DNA of 64,000 nt from Oculina patagonica (lineage: Eukaryota). The stretch spans positions 1,116,001 through 1,180,000 of the forward strand of contig NC_135762.1 of the NCBI RefSeq assembly GCF_052425735.1. The letters run 5' to 3'. Position 1 is the stretch's first letter. Each line of letters begins with the position of its first letter. The notes beneath the pieces are model-generated. The model made no database searches. It was not told the origin of the DNA and worked only from the letters and a program-made list of their open reading frames with translations. Position numbers and translations under genes: made by a program. This document shows, one piece after another, positions 24,601 to 38,100 of this stretch.

Positions 24601-27600
24601 AAAATTAATCTGACTCATTTTTGGAAATATCATCTTCAGTATATTTATTAACGAAGTCAACATTTTTTATTATTAGTTTTATGTTATTTTCAACATTGAA
24701 ACATCAAATGAGTACCAGCTCTTTCGACCACTCTTGCACAATTTGTGAAAAATAATTAGAACTTAATACTATCTCACTGCAAAGATAGTTCTAACATTGT
24801 TATGAACCCGATCTTTACAAGTTGTGAACACACAACGTTACCTTACAATGTTACAGCAAGGAACATGTTAACAAGATGAAATCCACTCAGACCATGACAA
24901 AAGAGGAACTTTATAACATAAGCGCATGTGATTATGATTCAGTCTACATGAGTGAGGTGAGAAGTGGCTGGTTCAATAGACAGCTTTAATTTGTTAACCA
25001 TTAGTGGTAATCTAATAGCCCTGTACCCAGAATAATAGAATAATAGCAGAGTGCCCAAAGGCTCTTACTGTCACTTGCATCTAAGCGTGAACACTCGCTG
25101 CCAAAACATGATTTAATAGGGTATCAAACGTTGCTTGATTCGACATCAAATGTTGAAGTTTAGCAGACCACAACGACAATTTTCGCGCTCAAAATGTGAC
25201 CAGAAGAAGTGACTGCGTGCCTGTGGCACCCAGGCTTTGCTAGAGCACATCTCTGTGTACTAGTTCAGCTTAACTAAATCTGAACTTCCTTAATCCCGTT
25301 TTAACATTCACATCTCTGGTAACATTTCTATGTATTGTCAGCCAACAACATCTGGTAGATATGAAGGCAACTCAAACAATGTCAAAAATTAATGAAAAAT
25401 TGCTCGCAAAAGGAAAAGCCGTGACATTTGAGCCTGATATGTACTATAGTCAGGTAAAATGCTAATTACTGATCTAGCTTTATTTTTCATTAATTATTTA
25501 AAATGCTGATGACTGTTCTTGCTTTTCATTAATTTTATTTTGCAAAGAACCATTTACTGATTAAAATTAATTCAAATTAATAATTAGTAACAAGACAACT
25601 GAACAATATTTTTGTGTAATAAAATTATTCTGTACAATGGATTTCGTTGGCAGAGTTAATTTACATTGCACATACAGATTTTGCAATAATTTCAACACAA
25701 TGTATGTTTAGAATTTTTGATACTGTTAATCTGAATTTTGTATGATGGGTAACATGCATGATTTTAGAACAACTTGAATGTATATTTTTCTCCCAAATGG
25801 AGTACAAGTGTTTAATATGGGAAGTGAAGGTTTCTTTATCTTGTTAACAGCATGCCTGTGAATGCGCTCGTCTTGCGTGTGGTTGTACATTGTCTGCAGT
25901 GGAAGCTGTTGTAACGAATAAGGTAACAGAAATCCGATTTGGTAAAATTTCAAATGCGATCTTTGGTTACAAATTTGATAAAAACAAGCTTTTGATTACC
26001 AGTCTAGTCTTTAACAAGTAATGACATTACTCGTTTAGGACTACAGATTGGTAGTTAAAAGATTGTTTTTATCAAAGTTTTAACCAGAGATCGTTTTTGA
26101 AATTTTACCAAATGTCTTACCCTGATTACTCATCTATTTTTAAAAGAAATGAGATAATTTGTCAGATTTTTTGTTTGCAAAATTTTTAACGAAGTCATGC
26201 TCAGTTACTGTTAAGATATACGGTATAAGTATTTGGTGATCCTTATCTGCTTTGTAAGGGCCTTTCATGATAAATAAGTCAAATGATAACATCATGGTCA
26301 AGAAGACTTGTCCAATTTAATGAAATCAATGCATTTCTGATTACACATTTGTGAGAGGCGCGGCAGCCTATTGGTTAGCTTAGCGCACTGGACTCTGGAT
26401 CAAGCGGTCCAGGTTTGATTCCTGGCCAGGGTCATTGTGTGCTCTGTTCTTGGGACACTCTACTGTCACAACGCCTCTTTCCACCCACAATGAGCGCCAA
26501 AAGTGTTGAGACAGTCGGCACTTTTTGAGTACCTTGGACAAATTTTACCCCTCACCCCTTCAATATAACCCCCTCGCCCCAAAACAATTGATGTTGTATT
26601 TGCTATCTGCAAGACTTGCCTCGTTTGAGTACAACATTGAAAAGGGGGGAGGGGGAGTGGTTCAGAAGCGGCAGCAGATTAAAGGTGAAAAAACGGGAAT
26701 TTTAAATTAGTATCAATTTCATCCAATTGTCTCAAGGACTTTTGACGCCCATTGCAGGTGTATAAATGGGTACTGGCGAATTTTGTGCTGGGGGTAACCC
26801 TGGGATGGACTCGCATCCCATATCCAGGGGGGGAGTAGAAATACTCCCATGAAAAAACCAGTAAAAGCTCCACTAGGGGCCACTAGGGCCACTAGCCTCG
26901 AATGCAGACATTATTTCAGTTCATCACCTGGGGGTGGGGGAATTTTTGGAATTTTATGGTATTGATTTAAGGCTAATTATGTATGTGCAAAGTAGAGATA
27001 GGTAATATGATAATTTATATACCAGTGCAATGTATTTAATGCAGTTTATTACATTCCCCTATTGTATTTTCTCAGGTCCAAAATGCAGTGGCTATTGTAA
27101 GGTATGGTATTCTGTTGCTGTCCAACATCTAAGAGTAATAAATTCATAAGCAACCATGTTGACTTGGATATGAGATGATAGAATGATAGAAAATGTCTGA
27201 CAGCATGGCAGCAAAACCAAGTGCTGTGATCTTCACTGGGCATTACTGATTACAGTATTATTAACAGTCATTGGTACAGTAATTGAACACATAACACTGT
27301 TACAATTAATGTTGTTGACCAAAGCTTCAAGTTGACATGGCGAGTCGAAAGGTAGTGTATGCGCTGCTGCACATGCTGAATACTAATGAGATATAACTGC
27401 AATATGGCAAACATATTTTTTAATGCGTTTTCTTTCTTCTTTCTCTATGGACATTTTTTTATCTTTTATTTTCATTTGTTAGACCACCTGGGCATCATGC
27501 TGATACTGAGTTTGCAATGGGTTACTGTTTTTTCAATAATGTGGCTGTTGCCGCAAGAATAGCTCAAAAGAAATGGAATGTTAAGAGGTAATCATGAACA

Positions 27601-29497
27601 AAAAAAAATTTTGAAACTACTGTCCTTTGTTTTACATTTCTATTTTGAATATGATTAATAATTGTTTAATATACTATTATGTGATAATAATTATTGTGTG
27701 ATCATTTAAGGGTGCTTATTGTGGACTGGGACATTCACCATGGCAACGGCACTCAACATCTCTTTGAATCTGATCCAAGGTGTGGCTGGTAGCTAAATAA
27801 ATCAAACATTTGCAAATTTGCGTAATTATGCACAGAATTACAGGTTAGCAGGTGGACCAATAAACCAACAACAGTCAAGATAAAAAATGTTTGATCTGAC
27901 TTTTTTACTTCTCACTTTGTCATGTTTCGTTCTTTTCTAGTGTTTTGTACTTCTCCATACATCGATATGACCACGCCCAGTTTTTCCCGTTCTCCACTTG
28001 TGCTAATTACGACGTAGTTGGAAGTGGACCAGGGAGAGGATTTACAGTAAATGTACCATGGAACAAGGTTATTGATAATGTGTTTTATTCTTCATAATTG
28101 CTTGGCAATAGGTGTTAATATGAATAATAACTATTAATATTATTTTTTTAAAGTCCCATGCTTGAAATTTTGATTAGAATTGCCTTTGATTGTTATTACA
28201 TTTTGTAATACTTGATTTAGTAGCAAATTGTCTTCAGTTTGTGATTTCCATTATTGTGATTATCTCTCTGTGTGAGAACATATTAAATATTGGTTAGAAG
28301 GTCTGAATGTTGCCCTTCTTTATTACGTAAACAGAAACACATGGGAGATGCAGATTACCTGGCCGTCTTCCATCATATTTTACTTCCTATCGCTTATGAG
28401 GTAAATTGTTTGTGTTTGAGTATCAAAGTGTACATCCTAAGCAAAATCTGTGCTATGTTAGCCAGAGTTAATAAGTGGCAATGGCGCCGCAAAGTAAGGA
28501 AACTGATCCATTGAATACTGGTAACAAGTACATTGGCTGACATGTGATTCAACAGTGATTAGCCTAGTATATGTTTTGTTAGATGTATAAAAATGTATGT
28601 TCAGTAGATGTTTGCAAGCAGGCTCACATTTGGCAATATGCATGAGTTGAGAAGCCATAACAACAGGTGAGTGATTGGCGAAGTTTGGAGTGGAAGCTGG
28701 AATACACTCAAGCATATATATTTTCAAGCCTTAGCCTGTTCACAGGGTACCCACCCTTTGCACCAGATACCTTANNNNNNNNNNNNNNNNNNNNNNNNNN
28801 NNNNNNNNNNNNNNNNNNNNNNNNNNNNNNNNNNNNNNNNNNNNNNNNNNNNNNNNNNNNNNNNNNNNNNNNNNNNNNNNNNNNNNNNNNNNNNNNNNNN
28901 NNNNNNNNNNNNCCTTCAAGGCACCATTAACATGTTTACTGAAGACTTAAGTCACTCTTCTCCTCTTTTATTTTTAGTTTGAGCCTGACCTTGTTCTGGT
29001 ATCAGCTGGGTTTGATTCTGCTCGAGGAGACCCTAAGGTAGAGCACTTGTTTTTTTAGTTTTTTGTCACTCCAAAACAATTTTTGCAACCTGGTGTTTTG
29101 CTTCACATCATCGTTATTCTTCTGTTATATGATATGGTTGGTTGGTCTTTAATAAGCTCTTATTGTTTTGAAAAAGCAAAACAAAGAACAATGACACTTG
29201 AAAATGTTTAGACTGAGATAGGCAGAGATTGTTTGTCTTTCAAATGTCTTTCAAAGTTGTTCTTCCGATTTCCCAGAGTTTTCTTGCGTCATATAAAGAA
29301 TCTTAAACTTAAGGTAGCTTTTCATTCGCAGGGACTTTGTGATGTGACTCCAGAAGGATACCATCACCTTACAAGAATGCTGATGAATTTAGCAAATGGC
29401 AGAGTAGTCATTGTTCTTGAGGTACTGCATCTACTACACTTAAACTTTTCAAAATTGGGGTTACAACTATTTAGAATTTTAAGCTCACTTCTCAAAC

Positions 29498-29534
<37 letters not shown>

Positions 29535-32218
29535 TAACCGTGAAGGAGGTTTTGATACCCGGTCTTAATTAGCATAGATATTTACGATTTTATTTCTCCG
29601 TTTACTCCGTTCGTTGTTTTTGCTTCGATTGAGAAGATATATCAAATACCCGAGACAGTGTTTCATCGGCTATCCAAACACCTCGAATTTTGTCAAAAAT
29701 ACTTCGCTGCGCGTCTTATTTTCAACTCTCTGCTTGGTGTTTGGATATCCCGATGAAACACTGCCTCTTTTGTTTGATATATTGCATCAAAATCAATCCT
29801 TCTTTGCCAGTTTTGGTTGAGGTGACCCCCCCCCCCCTCTAACCTGTGTATATCATCTGCCCATTACCCTCAGAAACAATAGGAGTAGACAGATGAGTAC
29901 AATTGATCACTTCTTCACCTCAGTCCAGTGCTTTCCTTTCCAAAAATATCAGTTACACTTAATTATGTTTTTCCCAGGGAGGCTACAATCTCAGTTCTGT
30001 CGCAGAATCCATGTGTGCCTGCACCTCTTCTCTTCTTGGAGATCCGTGTCCACGTCTGGATGGATCTATGACACCTTGTGACAGGTAACATGACGATACA
30101 GCTGCCTTCCATTACTTGCCGTTAAAAGTTGGGGCGAGCACATGGCGAGGGCCTGGGGCTTCATAGGATGAACTGAAGTTATATTGCTGAAATTAAGATT
30201 GTGATCAGCGAGAGAGAACCTGACCTTTTTAACCAACATATCAAACCTGCAATGGGATCGTCCGTGGAACTGACTCTATTAAAGTGGACTATGTCACGTA
30301 ATTTTAGGCAATTTCGGCACTGACCAGGTCGGTCATATATTAACTGAAATATCACAATAACGCCTTAAAACTGTAGAAGAAATCAAAAGAAACACAAAGG
30401 TCAAACAGGGGCATGGATGGGCAAAATTCGAGAAGATTAAAACGGATTGCGTCCAGGTTGTTTGAAAGTGTCATTTAAAATGCTTGAAAATCACCCTTGC
30501 TTGTTATATGGCTGTGATTTTGCCAATAAAAGACTTTTTCTCTGCCAATTTGAAGTTTAGAGCTCTTAATCAACGAAAATAAATAGAATTTCCTAAAATA
30601 CCGTGACCTAGCCCCTTTAACGTGACTATTTTCAAAACTGAAAGCTACTGAGCTGTACCTTAACGTAAAACTGTTAATTATACTGTACGCGGCTTTAACT
30701 TTACTCTAATACCTTGTTTTTTTTACACAATTTATAGTTGTTTTGAGACAATTGTGAACGTTATTGGTGAGCACAGCAAGTACTGGAAGTCGCTTAAGAT
30801 TGCAGGTTAGTTTAGCAATACGTGTGGTCGTTAGTGTAAGCTATAGGGCTGCAACGATACACCGGTGCACCGGTCAATCACGATATTATTTGTCAAGATA
30901 CGAATATCGGTATTTGAACGAAATATCGCAGTATCGTGAAACAATAAAATATTCTTAATTAAAATTCAGAAATTACTGTTTTTAATTACTTTTTACCCAT
31001 GTCAAAGCCCTCAATAGCGATTTATTAAAGTTAGGGACTAGGAAGTTCCATTCTGCATCACTTTCGATCACATATTCTTTAAAGATCGAACAAATTAGTG
31101 TCAACTGACACAGCCTTGTGTGTCCATAAGCAAAAAACATGCGGCTCTTGAAAATTTCACTTTGCAAGTAAGATTTCGCTGCTAATAAAGTGAAAAAAAT
31201 TGGGTTACCAAAAGAATTAAGTAAAATTATAGCATTTGTCAACTGTAAAATAATGTTGTATCGTATCGTGTATCGTATAGTGGCGCCTATATCGAGATAT
31301 GTATCGTATTATGAAAACATGTATCGTTGCAGCCCTAGTAAGCTAGAACTCGAGTAGGATAAACGTGTAACAGAAACATGTTCTGGGCTGACATTTTACT
31401 CACCGTGCGTATGTTTGTTTTGCAATTTACAGGTCACTGATCTACAACTTCGTGTGTATGTAAATGATTTTCTTTTTTTTTTTATTCAAGCCCTTCTTAG
31501 TGGAAATGTACAAGAAGTCGAGGATAAACCCAAAGAGGAGAAGAAAATTGAGTGAGTATCTTATCTGTGCTTTGCCTTGACAGGGAAGTGTCCTTTGCGT
31601 TTTGGATGATAAAATTTTGTAGTACAACTGAGAGGAAAAAGCGAAGAGTAGCAAAGAGTCACATGTTTAAGTTTTCAGCACCAGCATTTACTGATTTTTT
31701 TAAACATTTTTTGTGTCATGATAATTCCAACTGATTTTAAATGTGAATTGATCATTCGTTTCTTTGTGTTTTGTGTTTTAGATATCCAAAACTACCAGCA
31801 GACTTTACAGGTGTGAACAGTTTCCATGTTAAAACGTGTTAGCAAACAGGCTCTTCTATTTCCTTGGTTGTTTGTTATCTTTTTGCTAGTGAGGGTAGCC
31901 TGCGTAGCAGGCGTAAAAAGGGGGAGAGGGTTCGAAGGAGGATTGAGAGAATTCTCTCCTCCCCTTTTACGCCTGCTACGCATGCTACAGTCAGGGTAAA
32001 TGAAACGTTCGTTGAATCCGCGAGACGCACGGAATGCAGATGGTGTCAAAAGTGGGATTGACTTAGTCGGATAAAGAATGACGAAATTGGAACACTTTCA
32101 TGAAGCACCTTAACCCAGTAGAAAAATCGTGTTTTCTTTATTGTTAATCAAAACTTCTGCTGTATCCTAAACCTAACCGTCTTTTGTCTCTCTGTTTTTG
32201 ATTTCAGCCTTCTGTTGA
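21611..32218 (+). CDS. Class IIb histone deacetylase (HDAC6/10-like) with a single catalytic domain, ~416 aa, 19 coding exons
   Basis: Exons 21611-21655, 22456-22487, 23117-23170, 23486-23573, 23938-23978, 24857-24956, 25851-25922, 27076-27101, 27483-27587, 27711-27779, 27941-28067, 28335-28400, 28978-29037, 29332-29421, 29978-30084, 30738-30805, 31491-31551, 31782-31810 and 32208-32218, all GT-AG and in frame. Motifs [54 protein letters not shown]. The last three exons are less certain. Confidence 0.92.
21695..21957. mobile_element. MITE with internal ~25-bp tandem repeats
   Basis: TIR GCAGGGGTATTTTGCAGAAT / ATTCTGCAAAATACCCCTGC, internal (AAGCTAACTGCAAGCAAACC) repeats. Confidence 0.75.
22612..22778. 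mobile_element. ~170-bp hairpin element, copy 2
   Basis: Same arms as 6590-6760, with a diverged inner part. Confidence 0.85.
26355..26910 (+). mobile_element. tRNA-derived SINE interrupted by a small TIR element (~26489-26752)
   Basis: Head GAGGCGCGGC...GGTTTGATTCC, core CCACCCA|GGTGTATAAATGGGTACTGGC split by CAATGAGCGCCAAAAG...CTTTTGACGCCCATTG, and tail region CATCCCATATCCAGGGGGGAGTAG. Confidence 0.75.
28775..28912. other. Assembly gap (138 N) inside an HDAC intron
   Basis: Run of N. The flanking exons join in frame (PIAYE|FEPDL), so no coding exon is needed in the gap. Confidence 0.99.
30279..30620. mobile_element. TTAA-flanked MITE (Kolobok-like)
   Basis: Termini TTAAAGTGGACTATGTCACG / CGTGACCTAGCCCCTTTAA. 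Confidence 0.65.
30844..31337. mobile_element. hAT-type MITE
   Basis: TIR TAGGGCTGCAACGATAC / GTATCGTTGCAGCCCTA with a perfect 8-bp TSD GTAAGCTA. Confidence 0.9.
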
Positions 32219-32785
32219 ATGTCCTGTCAAGTGATTATTTGGATGCCGCATTCAAAAAACACCTCACTAGGCGTTTTGATCTCCTTCCTGGAAACCGGAT
32301 CAAGAAACCCTCAGCTCGCTTATTTAGCGGTTGTCAAGCTGAGATTGAAATAGAAAACAAAGAAACAAATAAACGAAAAACAAATAAAGAGACAAATAAG
32401 AAACCAAATAAACAAACAAAAGGCGTGAGCAAGTCCCAGGAGCAGTCGTCATCAGAAATTCTCTTCATTGCTTTCCATTCATTTCCATCATTATCTTTGG
32501 GGGAAACTGGGTTTTGGCCAATTACTTGATACACATGACTTGATACTGTTCTGACTTCTAAGAAAGAAAATATCTGAGCTAATGACCGTGTCAGGATCAG
32601 CCTGAAGCTTGAGATATCAGTACTCTTCACTGATTACCACACATTTCTTCCAATGTTCTTAGAATTTAGCGGTACATCAAGACATCCTTTATACGTTGTT
32701 GATTTTCTTTACTCTTGTTCTCTGTCTACTTGGTAATGTATTCGATTGTTTTTTTCTCGCCCCAGAGACTGGTATCAGCTCCGTT

Positions 32786-33137
32786 TTAAAGATGATTTCC
32801 AGTCCGTACTGCGCAATCTCGGCTGCAATGTTTATCGGAGCCCAACACGAAGGAATGTTTACAAGCAAAACTTAAAATTCCGCGACAAACTTACCTTTTT
32901 CTTCATTATTAACGCCAGATATCCTTGCAGAACAAAAAAAAAAAACGAGTAGAGGAACCTTGACGCTATTTCAAACCGACGTTTCAGCTCATCGGAAATT
33001 CTTGAAGTAAACCAACTGTAATGGCGGACTAAAAAACTTCATGTATGCTGTCACCGAAGTGTAACGTTTCAACGAATTCAAAAAAAAAACGAAAACAACC
33101 CCGAGTCTGCGCAGTACGGACTGGAAATCAGCTTTAA
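32786..33137. mobile_element. TTAA-flanked MITE (Kolobok-like)
   Basis: TIR TTAAAGATGATTTCCAGTCCGTACTGCGCA / TGCGCAGTACGGACTGGAAATCAGCTTTAA. Confidence 0.8.
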
Positions 33138-35137
33138 GTGTGAATCAATAACGTGAATGTGTTTTTTTTTTCTTTTTTTAATGACAGTAAAAACCTTCGT
33201 ATAAGAACTTAATTTTTCCAACTCAGCCTAAATAGGTTCTTACAGAAATGGTATTCAGTGGGATTTTAGGCTACCGTACTTAGGTTTTTAAATAGGTTCT
33301 TAATTTTATAGGCGCACTAGCGATCAGCACAGATAACTACTACATGGCATAATTATGTGATATGGAATATTCGCTGTATTAAATAATTATCTAGAATACA
33401 GTTTAGATGATAATCATACGGTAATTTTATCTTTCCAAAGTACTAGCTGGCATGTCTTTCATGCTGCAGTATGCATAAAATGCTGTGTTACATTCACGCG
33501 TGCCTTCATTTTTACCGAATGGTAATGAAGGTGTAGTGTTCTTTTCGTTGTTTTTCCCTCCTTTTTTTTTTTTTTTTTTTTAATTTTTTTTTTGGAAAAT
33601 TTTAAAAAATTTTTTTAAAAAATTGTAAAATAAGAACCTATCAGAAATTTTAGGCTTATTAGGTTCTTATGCAAACGGGGTTTTGAATGAAAATTTTAGC
33701 CAATTATAAACAGGTTTTTAAATTTAAGGGTTTTATACATTTTTTTTTTACTGTACAGCACACAAACACACAAAACCTACAATAACATAAAGTACAATTA
33801 CTTACCTTACTTTCGATACAGTTACATTACTCTACGATTATTTACATTCCTTGCGATACAATAACTTGTATTACATTAAAAGGGCGATGGCTAACACTGC
33901 TTATAGTACATTTATTTTCAATACATAACATTATCTACTCACCAATAATTATATACATTACAATATACGTTACTTTTTACATAACTCTTGCAAATATATT
34001 ACAGACTTAATATATATACATAATTGTTCAGTTTCTAGTTACCTACATAACAGTATTTTAATATTTAAATACATCAAAAGGAGTACAACTACGTAAATTT
34101 ATTTATGATCTCATAGAATTGCAATATTTCATATTAATAATTGCACAAACTGATTATTCTTGTACTCAGTCGTCAATATTTTAAATTGATTTGCATGGTG
34201 ATGTGTTGTATTTTATAATAGTGGAATAAAGTTTTCTTGTGGATCGTGTAGTTGATGATTTCTGGGTTTATAGATCACCTACAGGAAACGATTTTCTTCA
34301 CGTTTGGTCACTTACGCTGTCACGCTATTTTGGCGATTCTGATACGTAAGCGAAATCATGGTTTGAAATCATCAAACAATATAGAAATTACTACGAGAAA
34401 GCTGAAGAGAAAACAAATAAGCTGTCGAATTAGTTGTTGCACTTACAGAGATTCACCTGGCGCAATAAAAATATAGCGTGACTTAGCGAGGTATCATAAT
34501 TAATTCGCGCCTGTATCGCGTGACAAAGTGAGTCATTTGCTACTATAGCGTGACTTTACCAAGTTACCAGGAATTGATTCGTGCTTATTTATAAAAGTAT
34601 AGCGTGACAAAGCGAGTCAACAAGAATTGTTGCGTACTAATTCAACCAACTGAGCTGTGGAGCCATGCACTAAGAGCAAAGTTAATTGTGAGTTTATTAT
34701 CATGTTGCCATGAGAATGAAAGAATGAAAAAAGACTGAAGTGTCTGAGTGAATTATACAATGTACGAAATGAGATGTTGGATATTTGTCCACCAATTAAA
34801 GTGGTACTATAAACAGTTTGACGGGCGACGTGGGTCAAAGAGCTGAGGCCTAAGTAGTTTGTTGACGTTAATGGCAGTAAAAGATTTGTTTGCGATTTTG
34901 AGTGTGTTTGCATCAATGTTTTTTTTTCTTTAACACCCCACTATTACAATTTCACTTCTAAAATCAGAGCATTTCTAACACAGTTCATTTGAATTTACAA
35001 TCAACTCCATTAAAAATATATTTCTGTGTCAACTCGGCGATGCAAATTTATCGATTCATTTACATTAGTAACCGCAAAATATTTTGCATGCCTCTGCAAC
35101 CTTATTGTTCTTGAGCAGCAGGGAGTTAAGTAAATTA

Positions 35138-38100
35138 TGTAAAGATATTCCAAGTGTGCTGAAGCTAACTTTTATTCTATCTAACAGTGTATCTAAAGAG
35201 AGTGCAGATCAGTCCAAGCACACGTGTATGATTCTGTCCAGTCCTCACGCGCATGCGCAAAACCTGATATGTTTACATCTCCACCCTGAAAACTTTGCCG
35301 GGTGAAAGAAACTAACTTGGCCTATAAATTCGAACCTAAACAATACAAGTATTGTTCAAACTAAAACCCAACGTAACAAAGTTCTCAGACGGCTAAGCTG
35401 AGTTGTTCTGGTTAACAAAGTTTAAAGGTCTAGCCTTAATGGCTTCTTTACAGTTTGTACCATCCTTTCGATAAATCCATTGCTCTTTGGATACACTGGT
35501 GAGCTAGTAATGTGATTGATACCCCATTGGTCACAGAACGCTGCAAATTCCCTGCTGCTGTATTGAGGGCCATTGTCAGATACCAGGGTTTCTGGTATGC
35601 CGTGTTCTGCAAAGATTGATTTGAGGTGGTTGATTATTGCAGCAGATGTCGTGGAGCTCAACTTTCTAATTATGGGGTATTTGCTGTAATAGTCTGCGAC
35701 TATTAAGTATTCGGCACCTCGATAGTCGAACAGATCACATCCAAGCTTCTGCCATGGATAACTGGGTACATTGTGTGGATGCAATGCTTCTTTTGGTTGC
35801 TGTTTGGAAAACTGTGCGCATGTCGGACAGTTCTCTGTCATCTCTTTAATGTCTCTTGATATGCCTGGCCAAAACAGGCTTTCCCTTGCTCTCAGGAGAC
35901 ATTTCTCCGTTCCCATATGTCCTTGGTGTATGATTTGTAACATCTGTGGGCGTAGCTTACTGGGAATTACGAGTTTGTGTCCCTTAAGAATGAGGCCATT
36001 TTCAACACTCAGGTCCTCTCTGAAGTTCCAGAACTCTTTCAGGTCTTGTGGGCATTCATTTGGATATTCTGGCCATCCATGATGCACAACATCTTTTAAG
36101 TGACTGAGTACAACATCTTGATCAGTGCACTCTCGTATTTCATCTAGTTTGGCAGGGCTGGCTGGCAGTGTTCGAGATATCGTGTCCATTTCCACCACGG
36201 GGACTTCGTTGTCTGCTACAGGGGGCTCCATGTGGCTAATCCTGGAAAGGGCATCTGCTATCACGTTGTTTTTTTCTTGAATGTACCTGATCTCCACGTT
36301 GTATTTGGACATTTTAAGTAGGAGCCTCTGAAGACGCGGTGAAGCGCTTGATATGCTCTTCTTCCAGATACTTTCGAGTGGCTTGTGGTCGGTTTCAATG
36401 ACCACCTTCTTACCAAACACGTAATGGTTAAGCTTTTCAAGCGACCAACAGGCAGCAAGTAACTTTCGCTCTATGTTACTGTATCGAGACTCAGTTTCAG
36501 TTAACGATCGACTGGCATAGCATACTGGTTTTCCTTCTTGCATCAAGACACATCCAAGGCCTTTCAGACTCGCATCAGACTGGATAAGGTTTTCCTTTTC
36601 GGGGTCGTAATAGGCTAGGACTGGTACTTCAGTGATTGCTTGTTTGAGGTTCTGGAATGACCTTTGGTGTTCCGGTTGCCACAAGAATGGTACATCTTTT
36701 TTCATCAGCTGTCGCACAGGTTCTGACACTTGGGCTAAAATGGGTGAGAACCTATTCAGGTAGTTAATCATGCCCAAAAAGCACTGCAGCTCTGTAAGGT
36801 TCTTCGGGGAAGGCATGTCACGGATTGCTTGTAACTGGTCTAGCTCTTCTATGTAGGCTTGCTGTAGTTGTACTGGAACCTGCCTTGAGGCATGCTGTAC
36901 TGGGGGAACGTCAGGGTTAGTTTCGATATGGTATGGGGGTCCTGGGAAGCAGCCAATTCCTGTAAAGACATCCTGATATTCTTTCAACAGATAGTCTTTT
37001 GTCAGTGGAAAAGGGTGTTGCTTGCCTCTGATGTCAAATAGTTTAACAGTATGTACATTGGGCATTGGCTTTTCACTTTGCACAACATTTTGGGTAGTTG
37101 CATTTGTGCTGGCTGTGACTGGCCAGTTGAGCTTTAGGAGGTTTAGATCTTGTGCAGACATGTTACCAATTATGACAGGACCATCAACGTCAACAACTTC
37201 TGCTTGGATGACTCTGGGGTTGGGATTGTTAGGACCCTTCACATATATTTGGCAAGATCCAAGATTTGGGATCTCGGCTCCACCATAAGCAGTTAACTTC
37301 ACTGTAGGTTGTTGTAAGCTTAGTGTCTCAGGGCTTAGTTGCTGGTATAGGGACTTAGGTATAATGTTTGTTTCAGCCCCTGAGTCTATCTTACAAAGTG
37401 CATTCATTTGTTTTCCTTCTGGCTTCAATGCCAAGGAGACTTCTAGCAGAGCCTTCTCTCTACAGGATACAACATTTACATTCATGGCCAGAGGTGTTGC
37501 TTCAATTAGGCCCAGGAACACATAATCACCTAATGATTGGGTAGGCTCTGACTCAGCTAGGGCATTGTTATTACTAGTAGCTTCAATTTCATGCACATTC
37601 TTCTTTTTAAGTTTTGAAATGCATACCTTAGCAAGGTGTCCCACCTTTTGGCAGTAATGACATGTTGCATTTCTTGCTGGGCACTGTTCACGAGAGTGAG
37701 GACCCCAACCACAATTCCTGCAGAGTTGCGCTTTTCCTGACTTGTTGCCTTTTGGGTTTTGCTTTGATTCGCCGGCTACTGGATTCAGCTGGTCGCTTGG
37801 GAATTGGTTTCTCATCGTTGAGCTAACAGGGTGTACTGCTGACACTGGGTTCATTAGCTTAAGCTGCTTGTCTGCTGATTCGTCTGCTTTTGCCATTTCT
37901 CTAGCTTTGCTAAATGTTAGAGCATTTCCTTCTTTGAAACACTCCTTTCTGACATGGTCTGCATTCATGCCGAGTACAAGGAAGTCTCTCAAAAATCGAT
38001 CAGGATGATCCGATGGATAGTTTGCTTCTTTGACAAGGATTCTAAGCTTTGCAATAAATTCTTCCAACGATAGTGTACCTTGTCGAAGATTATGAAGTTC

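Noticed and set aside
33150-33760. AT-rich stretch with long homopolymers
   Set aside because: It looks like a degraded MITE or low-quality consensus sequence, and no feature can be supported.
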